Shown here piece by piece: positions 13,593 to 26,000 of a stretch of 64,000 bases of DNA (positions are counted from its first letter, which is position 1; each line of letters opens with the position of its first letter). A program made the position numbers and the translations under genes. The DNA comes from Narcine bancroftii. Taxonomy: Eukaryota. The stretch covers positions 377,084,001-377,148,000 of the forward strand of contig NC_091469.1 in assembly GCF_036971445.1 (NCBI RefSeq), read 5' to 3'. Below the pieces are notes generated by a model, which ran no database searches, was not told the DNA's origin, and worked only from the letters and a program-made list of their open reading frames with translations.

Positions 13593-13707
13593 CTGCTAAA
13601 TATTTAATGGTGTCAAGTTTGTGCGACTCCAACAGAGTTTTGAGTCCTGCTACTTCAGTGTCTATCTTGCGGTTTGCCTGTGTTACAGCTTGATCTTGCT
13701 GTGAATG
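13593..13707 (-). CDS. MCUR1: MCUR1 exon 8
   Basis: HSQQDQAVTQANRKIDTEVAGLKTLLESHKLDTIKYLA(G); tag acceptor, gtaag donor. Confidence 0.96.
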
Positions 13708-13897
13708 CTACAAATTAAATGAGCTGTATCAAAACCCTCAGCAGTAAAATTAACCATTTTATAAATACTCAAAAGCACACCAAAAAACAAGTTAATTGTA
13801 GAGATCCTGAAGATGAGCAGAAGGTCAATCAGTGGAAGATAGTAAATTTGTGAAAAATAAAGTGAATTGCATAATTAAATTTCAAAGAAATTCTCAC

Positions 13898-13951
13898 CAA
13901 TTCTACTATATCTGCTCTGGTTTCCAACACTCTCTTTTCGTGCTCTGTTAA
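13898..13951 (-). CDS. MCUR1: MCUR1 exon 7
   Basis: LTEHEKRVLETRADIVEL (18 codons); cag acceptor, gtgag donor. Confidence 0.93.
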
Positions 13952-14509
13952 CTGTAGAGACAGACAAAGTGTCATAAGTGATATTGGAAAAAAAACCAAA
14001 CAGTTTTCAAGGTTTCATCAAAATTGTTTAAAATAAACACTAATAAATTCTGAAGTGCTTTACCATATAGTAAAGTAGATACTACTTTGAATGCCAATTT
14101 ATGCATTAAAAAATAATCTTTAAACTCCAAATGGAATCTGAATTCACTTCCACCCCAAGAGAGGAAGATCAGATGTCCCAGGTTGAAATTTTTGATTAGT
14201 TTTGCTTTAGAAAGATATTGGTATTCACAGCTACAATCGCACCACAGTGCTACTTCACATGCTTCTTTCGATTAAAACCAAGTCATCCAGCTTTCATTTC
14301 TACATTCCAGATAAATGAAAATGCACCAAACACAACAGACACCGGCTAAATTGATGTTATTAGAAATTATAGTTATTCCTTAAACTGAAGAATATATCAG
14401 ATCATACAACTTTATACAATAAACCAGAAAGGTTCACTAAAAAGCAGCCAAAAAATAATTTGATTACTGAATTTGATATCACCTTGAATACAAAGATTAC
14501 TTGTGTACA

Positions 14510-15690
14510 AGACAAAATGCTTTGAGAGGCTGGTCATAGACAGAATTAACATGTACCTAGGCAAAGATCTGGACCTGCTGAAATTTGCCTATTGTGACAA
14601 TTGCTCCACAACAGATGCAATATCACCAGTTCTCCACTCTGCTCTGGATCACTTCGAAAACAGCAATTCATACATACAGCTGATCTTTAATACCATTATT
14701 CCCTCAGTGCTGGTCAAGAAGCTACAAATTCTAGACCTCTGTACTTCCCTCTGCAACTGGATCCTTGACTTTCTCATCAGAAAACCAGTCAGTACGAATT
14801 CAAAATGTCTCCTCCTCACTGATTATCAACAAAAGGCGCACCCCAAGGATGTGTGCTTAGCCCAATGCTCTACTCATTATACACCCATGACTGTGTGGCC
14901 AGGCACAATTCCAATGATATCTACAAGTTTTCCGATGGCACCACAGTTGTTGGCAGAATCACAAACAGCGACGAGGAAGGGTACAGGAGAGAGAAAGGTA
15001 TAACAATAGCCTTGCACTCAACATCAGCAAAACTAAGGAGATGATTGTGGATTTCAAGAGGAAGTCGGGGAACACAACCCAGTCCTCATTGAGGACTCAG
15101 TAGTGGAGGGGGTGAAGAACTTCAAATTCCTGGGTGTCAACATCTCCAAGGATCTGTCCTGGAGCTTACACGTTGATGCAATCACAAAGGCGACATGCCA
15201 GTGGCTCTACTTTGTGAGGTGTCTGAGGAGATTCAGCATGTCACCGAAGACAGGTATACTGTGGAGAGCATTCTGGCTGGTTGCATCTATGCCTGGTCTA
15301 GAGGCGCCAAATCTCAGGACAAGAATATGCGCCAGAGAATCAACTTGGCCTGCAACATCACAGGCGCCAAACTTCACTCCATCGAGGTCATCTACATGAG
15401 GCGGTGACTTAAAAAGGCAGCTTCCATCCTCAAAAATTCCAACCACCCAGTTCATGCCCTCTTTACTATGTTACCATTGGGGGAAAAAGGTACAGGAGTC
15501 TAGAGATGAGCACTCAACAGCACAAGGACAGCTTCTTCTCCACTGCTATCAGGTTCCTGAATAATCAATGAACCAAATACACTGCCTTACTTTTTGTGCA
15601 TTTTTTAAAAAAATAATGTAAGCTGGTTATAATATGAATGCACCATGATGTTGCTGCAAAACCCTGAATTTCATGACAAATTCTGATTCT
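14510..15690 (+). mobile_element. Rex1/Babar-type LINE, 5'-truncated and frameshifted
   Basis: [44 protein letters not shown]; LSPMLYSLYTHDC..IYKFSDGTTVVG; FKFLGVNISKDLSWS; (TTCTGA)n tail near 15681. Confidence 0.88.
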
Positions 15691-17219
15691 GATACATTGG
15701 TACATGGGGTATGGGTGAACGAGGATAGAAGGGGGAAGTAATTTTTACCCTCAAATAACAATTAGACTTGAAAGGCCTGTGCACCTTTTACTCAAACTGG
15801 CTGTCGAGTTACTCCACATTTTCATTCGATATATCAAGATAAATTCATTTAAGACTGAAACCCAGCTTCTTTCAAGTTTCAAAATGAATCATCCAAGAAT
15901 AACCAATTCCAATCAACACCTTGTTAGTTGCATGCAAAATGTTACTTCTACAAATGATTAAATTTGGCAAGATTAGTGACCCTTGAGTCTAAAAAATGCA
16001 CTGCCAATGGCACAGCTGTTCACTTCATTCAGACCATCTTGCAGCCTATTAGGAGAATTAATTTCATATTCCTGGGTGTTTAGGCCAACTAAATCCGGTT
16101 GGTATAATGTTGGAAAGTTAGGCAGTAAAGTATTCAGAGTTTGGAAGTATCTAAAAAATGTGACTTGGGTATATTATATTTATTAGATAATTGTTCAAAA
16201 GACATTAAGCTACCATATATAAACAAATCTGAAAAAGAAACCATTTCTTTAACTTTCCAAAAAGATGGCTTGATCAATTATGGATGGTTGAAAAAAATAA
16301 ATAAGAGAAAGTGCTAGATAAAATAAAAATTTTCAAGTCAAAGAACTTCCGAAAATGAAACCAAATCTGTAATGTATGCTTAAGTATTGGGTTGAGAGGT
16401 ATGAAGGTATGTCTACTAACCTTAAGGTGTAAAAGGAAAAGCTACTCAGTTACAGAATACCTCTGCACGGAATTCAATTCCAAATCTACCTTATAGGGGC
16501 GTTCAAATTTATCAGAAAATAATATAGCAGATGTTAACTGCCCAATAATAGAATCTAAGATTAGGTCAAGCCATACCACCAACTTTAATTTCTGCAGTTG
16601 GAAAAATTACACTCAATTGAGTGAATTCCACATCAGAAAACTAGTTAAAAGTTGATTTTTGAGATTTTAAGTGTTACAGTTGTGTAATGTTTTTAACAAG
16701 ATCACAATATTTGTATGACTCTCAACCACTTGGCTTACTGATGCAATCCAAGCCCACAATCACAAAATGACCAGCAAAATGTTTAAGATTTGTGCAATAG
16801 TTATGAACTTGGTGAGGATTACAGACAAACAGTGGAAATGCTGTTATTTCCCAGCAAGTTCTGGACTAGTTTAAGTTTATTTGACACATCATACCCTGTA
16901 CAGACTGACAGGTTATCTGCAACATTTACAGAGCACAGTAGAGAGTATAGGCTTGTACTGAAACAATCACAACACCAAAATTTATCGGGATTATAAGTCA
17001 ATTGGGTATAATTGGGCGGCACGGGCTTGTCGATTGAAAGTGCATGTTAAATTAAAAATTTTAATTTAAAGGGCAACATGAAAGCACTGTTGTGGGGTTC
17101 ATGAAGCCTATTGACTATGGGAAAGAGCCTTCCACCTGAAGGGAGGGGGGAGGAGAGAGTGTATCCAAGGTAGGATAGGTCTATTAATACGTTGGTTACC
17201 TTTGCTAAGCAGTGGAAGA

Positions 17220-17580
17220 TGTAGATGGGCTATGTGCACAGTCCTCCACTGTTGACTTACAACTGCCCTGCCAGATTCAGATCTAATAGAATCATCAAAT
17301 TTGCAATGATACAACAGCAGTTGGCCTCTTCTGCCAAAATGACAAGTCGCAGAGAGGAGATTGGAAGTCTTGTAAAATGGTGCGAGAATAACAAGCCGAG
17401 TCTCAAAGTGGACGAGACAAAAGAGATGATTGTGGACTCCAGAAAGCTATTCTCCACTACATAACTACTGTTGTCGTGGAACTAGTGGAGAGCACAAAGT
17501 TTCTTGGTGAGTATACAAGGGACAAACTATCCTGAACTCGCAATACCTCATTAGTCAGGAAGGCACAGCAGCTCCTACTG
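17220..17580 (+). mobile_element. Rex1/Babar-type LINE fragment
   Basis: LLTYNC..IIKFA..REEIGSLVKWCENNKPSLKVDETKEMIVD. Confidence 0.7.
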
Positions 17581-18540
17581 TAAAACACAAAAATCTGTAG
17601 AGACAGTGGTTGAAGTAAAAACACAAAGCTGGAGAAACTCAGCAGGTCAAACAGTGCCCTTTATATAGCAAAGGTAAAAATACATAATTGACATTTCAGG
17701 CTTGACCCCTTCAAGGTTTTGAAAAATATCAGCAGGTGTCCAAGCAAAAGAGTAAGGTGGGGGAGAAGGTGTGGTCGCAAAGGCAGGAGGTGATAGGTGG
17801 AAAAGGGAGAGGATAGCAGCGATCAAGGGAAGGAGGGATGGCTAGGTGAAGGGAGGTGGAAGGGAAGGAGGAGAACTGGAAAGGGAGAGAGGAGGAGGGA
17901 GGGGGAATAGCAAAAACTGGAAAAGTCGGTGTCAATGCCATCTAGTTGGAGAGGGGATAGACAGAAAATCAGCTGTTGTTTCTCCAATTTGTGGTTAGTC
18001 TTGGTGGGATAGTACACAAGGTCATGGACCGCTCCCTCCATGACACCCTTGTGCACTCAATCTCCAATCTCCCCCCCGCCACTTTCCCTTGTGGCCGCAG
18101 GAAATGCGACACTTATGCCCACACCTCCCCCGTCATCATGGTCCAGGGCCCCAAACAGGCCTTTCAAGTGAAGCAACACTTCACTTGTGTATCCACAAGA
18201 CTGATTTACTGGATCCGGTGATCCCTTTGTGGCCTTCTCTACATTAGAAAGACTGGGCGCAGATTTGGTGATCACTTCGCTGAGCACCTTCACTCCATCC
18301 ATAACAGTGATAGAGACCTCCCAGTAGCCAACCATTTCAGTTCTGTGTCACATACTCGCATGTTTGTCCATGGCCTTATGCACTATCCCACCAAGACCAC
18401 CCACAATTTGGAGGAACAGCCCCTGATTTTCCACCTGGGCACTCTCCAACCAGATGGCATTAACATAAACTTTTCTGGTTTTTGCTAACTTGCTCTCCTC
18501 TTCCCACCTCCCTCTTCTCTTCCCCTCCTTCACCTAGTTG
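17580..18540. mobile_element. Penelope-like element in inverted (head-to-head) arrangement
   Basis: A minus-strand 3' portion (17580-18030) abuts a plus-strand GIY-YIG portion (18030-18540: TFPCGRRKCDTYAHT..QGPKQAFQVKQHFTCVSTRLIYWIR). About 17905-18030 is the imperfect reverse complement of about 18365-18488. Confidence 0.8.
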
Positions 18541-18715
18541 CTACATCATGATACTGCTCCTCAGTTATTTGTAAACATGACCAGTCTGTTTGAGCTACTT
18601 TATCTAATTAAATTAGAAATGGTCATTGACAGTACCAATCCATCACATACAAAATGACAATTATTCAAAAATAGTAAGAGGCAAAAAAAATTAAGTGACT
18701 ATGAAAATTTCTCAC

Positions 18716-18787
18716 CATCTCTTGGACTCTACTTTTTTCCAAATTCATGTCCAGTTTGTTGTTTGATGAAACCTTGACAACTTCATC
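18716..18787 (-). CDS. MCUR1: MCUR1 exon 6
   Basis: DEVVKVSSNNKLDMNLEKSRVQEM versus human DEVIKVRTDTKLDFNLEKSRVKEL; ttttag acceptor, gtgag donor. Confidence 0.95.
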
Positions 18788-19347
18788 CTAAAAGCAACAT
18801 TTTAAACTATTATTCTAAATGCGGAAACGAGTTGAAATTATGAAAGGCTGAGAGACATTAATTCATCAAATTTAGACAGGCACTCCTATTCTTTATTAAT
18901 ATTCATTAAATTTACAAAACAATAACCATTTTGTTTTGAGGATAGATGTTAAAAATTTTCCCTATAGCATTCTGGAGAAATCAATAATTTGTCACACAGG
19001 ACCCCGAGCCCAAAGTTCCAAAATGAATTATGATGTATAGATGTCTCAATACAGACCAATCATGATTTAACCATGGTTGGAGAACATGTTCAAGGGATTG
19101 TATATTCTATGCTCCAGGAGATCTCACTGATGAAAACATTAAAATACACCCTTGGGAAACTTGGTATCACCCCTTCTCCTCTGTTAGCCTTGATAAAGGG
19201 TCTGAACCCAAAATATTGACAAATTCAACCCATGAACACTGCCTGACTCACTGAATCCCTCCGGCATCTCATTGTTTGCTCAATATTCCAGTATCTGCAG
19301 TGTTAGCACTTCGCTATTGTAAGGTAAAACATCATGAGATGGGAATG

Positions 19348-19685
19348 TGTAAGGAGTTACCCTGCCCTGTACAGGGCTGTAACAAGATGTAAATGCATCC
19401 TTGTACTTACAAGATAAGAGAGACATTGATGGATTGAGAGGCAGGAAGCTAGCAGGGAAAGGATAGCAACAGTTTTAGTCATTGGACAAGTAATGATATG
19501 ATGATGTTCTAAGCATGTATCCAAGGGTATAAAAAATCACCATTTTGCTGATAACGGCAGAATGCATTCTCCGACTAACATGTTTAGTCGCAAGTGTTAC
19601 AATCCGGTAATAAAGAACAAAGAACCCTGATTTCGACTCAGCCTGGTGTTTGTCTCACTCATTCATGAACAAAGCAGACCTAACA
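19348..19685 (+). mobile_element. Putative solo LTR (338 bp)
   Basis: TGTAAGG...CCTAACA termini (TG..CA, imperfect inverted repeat), TATAAAA at 19528, hairpin CGACTAA-catgt-TTAGTCG at 19572-19590, AATAAA at 19609 followed by a GT-rich tract. No clear TSD. Confidence 0.7.
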
Positions 19686-19693
19686 CTACTTAC

Positions 19694-19735
19694 AGTTAAT
19701 TGTTTTTTCAATTGTTGCAATTCAATTTTCAGTTT
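19694..19735 (-). CDS. MCUR1: MCUR1 exon 5
   Basis: KLKIELQQLKKQLT versus human KIKLELHQLKQQVM; tgcag acceptor, gtaagt donor. Confidence 0.93.
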
Positions 19736-19959
19736 CTGCAAAAGAAAAGCCATAATGTGATTTTTAAAAAACATGCAGTAAAGTGCAGTCACTGTTCTGA
19801 TTCGCACAATTCCTAAAATACCATCATTCAGTGCAATTTTTTTTTAAACTTGAGCTCAAAATGAAATACCATCTCTGCTACTCGAAGCATGGAAAGACAG
19901 TCCTTCTGCATCATGAACCTGGTTAAGTCAGCCTTTTAATCCTAAATAAGAAATCTAGG

Positions 19960-21340
19960 TAGAACCTATGCAAGGCCATAAGAAATGGAAAGAAACTGAA
20001 CTAAACAAGCTCCAGATGAACCTTATGGACACTAGGGCATCCATGCTATCACAGGCTACAAAGACATTTCAGGTAGAATACGAAGGAACAGCACATCCCT
20101 TCCCAAAGAGCTCAAAGCATTTTACACCCACTTTGAACAGAATCTCAGTGAGCCAACAGCACGCACTACATCAAACTCAGGCACTGTTACCATCCTAGAC
20201 TCAAGATCAGTCCTCCAAAGAGCGAACCTGCAGAAAGTGACTGGCCTAGGTGGAGTCACGTGAGCCTGCACAGAGTAGATGGTGGCAGTATTCACATTAT
20301 CTCCATACCTCAAGCACAAGGACCCACCTGCTTCATGATTATCATCATCCTGGCACTGAAGAAAGACCTAATAATGGGCCAAAATGATTGCTGCCTGGTG
20401 GCCCCAACACCCATCATCATTATGTGCTTTGAGAAGCTGATTATAGTGCCTCCCAGTCAGCCTCAAACCAAATCTACCAATGCAAAAGGTCCATGGCAGA
20501 TGCCATCTCCCTGGCCTTCAACTCAGCTGTGGAACAACAAGATAACAAAAACATCCTTATCATACCACTGTTCACCGACTACAGCTTTTCCCTTAAAACC
20601 ATAGTCTCAAATAAACTCAGCCCTGAACTGAGACCTTGGCCTCAGAAGTCCCCTCTGGAATTGGATCAATTATTTCCTGTCCTGCAGACTGTCGTGGGGA
20701 TCGATAACAAAACCTCCTCCACAATGTCTCTTAACACTGGGTCCCCAAAGGGCTTGGTACTCTCCTTGCCACTCTGCTGCCTCTACAGGTACTCCCCAAC
20801 TTACGACCAACTCAACGTACGCCCATCTGCACATACAACCGAATTGTGTTTTAAAAATATAAAACTTACTTCTGGAAGGAGTGGAGTTCACACACCTGCC
20901 CCCATCGATGGTGCTGTTTACCTGTGCCCCTCAACTTCTACAGATGCATCATTGGAAGTATCCTGTCATGATGCATTACTGTGCTGCATAGGAACTGCTC
21001 CATTCAAGACTAAGTAATCCCAGAGAGAGCTGTTAATGCAGCTCAGATCAAACAACACTCACCCAACCCCCCCACTACACTTTCTCCACATAAAAAAATT
21101 TGTCCCAACACTTCCATCAGGAAGACTCACGAGTGTGATATGACACACCACCAGATTCAAATACAATTTCTTTCCCACTGTTATCAGACACCTGAACAGA
21201 TGTCACACTAGAAAAATAATGTTGCTTCAGTCTGTTCTAGCTGATCTTTCTGCGACTTCATATTCTGTACTGATTTACTGTTGTACTTGGCATGGGTTGA
21301 CAAGCTGGACATTCTCAATGCCTCAAGTAACAATAAACGA
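19960..21340 (+). mobile_element. Decayed Rex1/Babar-type LINE
   Basis: PTCF..IIILALKK..NDCCLVAPTPIIIMCFEKLI; ADAISLAFNSAVE..PLFTDYSFSLKTI; SLNTGSPKGLVLS. Confidence 0.75.
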
Positions 21341-21774
21341 ATTACATAATTACACCAACAATTTGACACAAATACAAGATTTATAAAAGGTTGACAACTC
21401 CTGCCTGTTTCAGGTTGAGGACGTCATCTGCCCTCCAAAATATATAAACAATCAAATGTAGTTCTCATTGTCTTTTTTGCACCCCTGCAGTGCGTACTGA
21501 GGTTCACTTAATAATCTAGTTCAGGATGCTCAGAAATAACTGTATTCTGAATAAAAATTTAATTTGTTTTACAATGCACATTCCACTTTTCCTTGTTATT
21601 TCTTTTCTAATCAATGCTATAAATGCAAAATTGATCCAAAGAACATCCTTGGGTAAATTGGTCAGATTGTGAATGTGTTGTGGTTATTAAATTAGTCTAC
21701 CAGCAATAATCCTCATTTTCAGTTGCTGAGATTTGTGTTCGAGATTATATTGTTTTAGCAGTTCAGCTGCTCAC

Positions 21775-21876
21775 CTCATTTGCTGCTCGGAGTACTGAAA
21801 ACTCACTCTTTTCTAAGATAATCATGTCTTTCTTTACAGCTGTTATCTGTGACATTATCTTTTGTAGCATTATCTC
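21775..21876 (-). CDS. MCUR1: MCUR1 exon 4
   Basis: [34 protein letters not shown] versus human [34 protein letters not shown]. Confidence 0.97.
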
Positions 21877-22866
21877 CTGCAAGTAAATACACAATAGAAA
21901 CAATTAATCCAAGACATCATTTCAATACTTGGTGGCCCATTTAAACAGTATTACAAAAATTGAGCCTATCAAAACAGAAAAATGTTGTTGATATCCAGGC
22001 AACAGAGCATAAAGAAAGACCATAACAAAAATTATGGGAACATTTTTCATATGGACTACACTATAAATAGCTTAAAAATTCAAAAAGAATGAAGGTGAAT
22101 GGTTTGGGATAGATGGCTTATGTTCAAGAGTGTATATTCTTAAATAAAGTAAGAATGCCACAGGTTATAGATTACTAATACATTCTTTAGCACATGAAAG
22201 CCCGTTAAAAATCAGAACCAAAATATTGCACTCACATTCTCAAGGTTAATTTTGAATACCCAAGAGGCAAAATGAAAAAGAGGTAGAATTATTTCTACAA
22301 TGGTAGAAACCATGGTTCTACAAACCATCCTGCACTGCCTTTATTGACCACTTTACAATATTTAAATATCATGACCTTTAACAAAAAAAAACTTAAGAGC
22401 CTCTTCTATTTAATATTTTTCTTTAAACAAAATCAATATATTGTAATAAAGGTAGAATTTAAATAAAAGCATCCTTGACATTTTAAGTATTTACTTTGGG
22501 AGTTCATATAGTTTATAGAAAAAATGTTGGCATGACTCAATAGTAAATGAAACAGTCAACATATAACAAGTATATTTTAAAAAATCTAATTTTTAGTGTT
22601 TGTGTAGTTGGAGGTTCTAAAATGACTACATTTCTAGCCTGTAAAATGCCAAGATGCAGCATTCTATTCTCAAATAAGAATTTGGTTTATGCAGTTTATC
22701 ACAACATACAGAAAATATCTGATGCCCAACAGGCAAGCAAAGATTCAGTGGAAAAAATGAGGCAACTACGTGATGTATATTCTCAACCAATATTGATTGA
22801 CCAAGTGTTCACTGTTTTTGTACAACTTGGGTCATTTGATTAGTTTAACTTTTGCTGCTAGCTTAC

Positions 22867-22970
22867 TTGCTGGATTTTGGTGGCCATGTCTTTATATGCA
22901 ATTTCCATATTGGAATTCATGATTCTCAGCAGGGCAGCTACAACAACTTCCGATTGCTTAGTGCTGAAAC
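22867..22970 (-). CDS. MCUR1: MCUR1 exon 3
   Basis: (G)FSTKQSEVVVAALLRIMNSNMEIAYKDMATKIQQ; tgcag acceptor, gtaag donor. Confidence 0.96.
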
Positions 22971-23189
22971 CTGCAAGATAAATAAAAGCAATAGGCCAAG
23001 AGGGGAAGGCTGCATGACAAAGAAACCAGAGAGAGAAAAAAAGGAATCAAAGAACGAGCACCACCAATTTGATATATTGTAGTACTGCTGTATTGATTTG
23101 CTCAAGTGGTATTCAAAATTATTGGTGAATATAATAAACAAGTACTGTGGCTTGATTCTCATTTTCAACTTGCACTTCAGGATGCTCTA

Positions 23190-23645
23190 ATGATTACACT
23201 TCGGCATTTAATACCATCATCCCCCCAAAACTGATCAGCAAATTCCAAGAACTCCAAGACTTGGTAGTTAACATAATTAGGTCATGGATTTCCTCACCTC
23301 CAGACCACAATCAGTGAAGATTGGCAAGAACTTCTCCACAATCTTCATCAGTACCCGGAGCACCTCAGGACTGTGTTCATAGCCCCTGCTCTACTCTCTT
23401 TACACCTACGACTGTGCAGCTCAGAATGAAAATAACACCGTCTACAAATTTTCCGACAATACTATGGTAATGGGTTGTATAAAGTAAGGGGATTAGTCAG
23501 CATAGAGGATGGAGATTGAAAACCTGGCTGAATGGTGCACCCACAACAACCTCACATTCAATGTCACCAAAAACTAAGGAGCTGATTGTTGACTTCAGGA
23601 AAGGAAAGCCAGAGGTATGCAGTCCAGTGATCATTGGGGACAAAG
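23190..23645 (+). mobile_element. Rex1/Babar-type LINE RT fragment
   Basis: Nucleotide similarity to the 14510-15690 copy (TTTAATACCATCATCCCC..CTCTACTCTCTTTACACCTACGACTGTG..AAACTAAGGAGCTGATTGTTGACTTCAGG). Confidence 0.75.
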
Positions 23646-24147
23646 CCAGGAAGTGAAGCTGAGTGGGAGGATGGAACAGCTCACAATTAGAATGGCAGAG
23701 CAGACTCTGTGGACTAATGGACCTACTTCTCCTACATCTTGCGATGGTTCCTGTAGTCTGGAAAAGAGCTTTGAGGAGGAAATGAGAACCCAGTTCTTGT
23801 GGTCCTTCACAAAAGTAGAATAAGGAATGAAGTTGGATTTACATTAGGAGGCAAAATAAGAAAGTCTCAAATAATCATTTCTGGATTGTTACACAGCCAC
23901 AAAGTCATTGCCACTGGCACAAGGATATAAAATAATAGATGTGTGACTTAAACTAATACAGGAAACCAGGGGATGTGATTGCTTCTTGGGGAATGAGCAT
24001 CAGTACTGGATTAAGAATGTTCCATTGTTAATGCTATATTTGAACTGGGTTTAAATTAGTAACCTGACATCTCAAGTAATTGGACAGTAACTTATTAAAA
24101 AGGGGACGACAATGGGTGAAACCTGTTACTAAACTTTGTATTCAATA

Positions 24148-24707
24148 CAGTAAGATCCCTATTATACAGCATTCAATTAATTGGAAACGCAAGCAATCGA
24201 CAAAAAATAAAATTGAGGAAATTAAAAATTAATAAATATTTTAAAAAATAAATAAAGTTTTAAATAAAAGTTTAAAATTGTAAATGTTCTCCAAATCAAT
24301 ACACAAGCCCTTGGTGAAGATGGGAGCAAACATTAAGACAGAGTGCCCCGGTTATGCCCTGCCCACAGCAGCTGTTTGAATACAGTTTCAATAAAGTTGT
24401 GTTTGAATAAGGGTGAAGAACTGGCCAATGCCGCTCGAGTGACTCTTTTAAAGCGTCTCCCTTTCTCTGCCTGGTAAGAGTCTTTATCTAATTAAATTTT
24501 GTGTTAGTGGAATTACTTGATTAAAGTGAAGTTTACATAATTAAAGACTACAATACTTTTTTTTCCCTTCACATTTTGTTTAAACAGTGTATTCTTAATG
24601 CCGATGTATTAGTGATGCATTGGAAGAGCGAGTCTCAGTCAATTGTAAAATTCACATTTCCAGCATCATCAATCCTTGTACATCCAGGCTAATTGGGATT
24701 TTAACAG
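24148..24707. mobile_element. Non-autonomous Tc1/mariner-pogo-type DNA transposon (MITE)
   Basis: TA|CAGTAAGATCCCTATTAT at left; AATTGGGATTTTAACAG at right forms an imperfect TIR; non-coding interior. Confidence 0.55.
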
Positions 24708-25779
24708 AAATGTTAAACTTAAAAAGTACATAATCTGAACACACAAATGAAAGTAAAATTAATAGCTTAATCGAGTAGCCATTTAAAACATGGTTGAAAG
24801 CGACCAGGGCCGTGAATAAAATATTCCAGGATTTGTCACTGTAATACAAAATAGGCAAAATGAAAAAGAGGTGGTGTTGATAATAAAAAGGAATGAAAAA
24901 CAGGAGCAAAAATCATCAGAAAAATCAAAAAATAGATTCTGTTTGGGTAGAGCCGAGAAATAAAAAAGGATAGAAAACATTGGAGGGATGCATCTACAGC
25001 CACAAACAACAGTAATGTGGACACAATACAAATTGGAAATTATAGATGAATGTAACAAGAGTTGCATGATATCATGGTGGGGGATGATAGGAAGACATAT
25101 TAACCTATGTCTTGACAGGACAATCCAAATTATCATAGTAACATATATATTCAAGATAGTATACTAGGCCACTATATTGAGAATCAATTAAGAAACAGGC
25201 CATCTTTGATTTGGTATAGTACAATGTAAAAAAAGGTTTATTAATAATCTTATGTTTATGAGATGATGAATTTATATTCATTCAAAATAGTTCTATCCAA
25301 AAACAGGGGCTATGGTGGATTTATAGCAATGACAAATGTTCAAAGAATTGATGCATAGTTTATAACAGACATGCCCTTTAAGACACAAAAACAGGAACCA
25401 GACAAAATGTCCCAACCACTGCTAATAGGTTAAAAAGCACAAGAAATCAAAAGAAAGGATGAAAGTCAAAAATAAGAGTCAGGGATTTTTAAAAAAACAG
25501 AATTTAGAAAGACAACTAAAAATAAATGTAATGTGAAAGTTGAATTGGGCAAGAGAACAAACTGAAAAAAAGTAACTTGGCTGAGAGCTGATTAAATACC
25601 CAAAATCAGATGCTGCACACCAAGGATTTGAAAACGGTGATGATGGATAGTACGCTATCATCCATTAATTCCAGATTCCACAATAGTTCCCAAGATTGTA
25701 AGTTAAAAAGTGCAACCCCATTGAGAACTATGGGCATGACTAGTAGAGATGTGCACGGACATGACTAATGTGCCAAGCT

Positions 25780-26000
25780 GCAACATGGTTGGCGTAGCAG
25801 TTAGCACAGCACCTTTACAACGCCAGCGATTGGAACCAGGAGTTCAAATCCCACGCTGTCTCTAAGGAGTTTGTACGTTCTCCCCATGTCTGCGTGGGTA
25901 TTCCCCGAGGACTCCGGTTTCCTCCCACCTTTCTGTAGGTTCACTGGGTGTAACTTGGGCAGCACAGACTCGTGGGCTGAAAAGGCCTGTTGCCCAAATT
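25780..26000 (+). mobile_element. tRNA-derived V-SINE (HE1-like)
   Basis: A box TGGCGTAGCAGTTAG, B box GGAGTTCAAATCC, V-domain GGAGTTTGTACGTTCTCCCCATGTCTGCGTGGGT..CTCCGGTTTCCTCCCAC, CR1-like tail. Confidence 0.85.

Noticed and set aside
25785-25860. tRNA gene
   Set aside because: A and B boxes are followed by a V-SINE core and a LINE-derived tail, so it is a SINE head.
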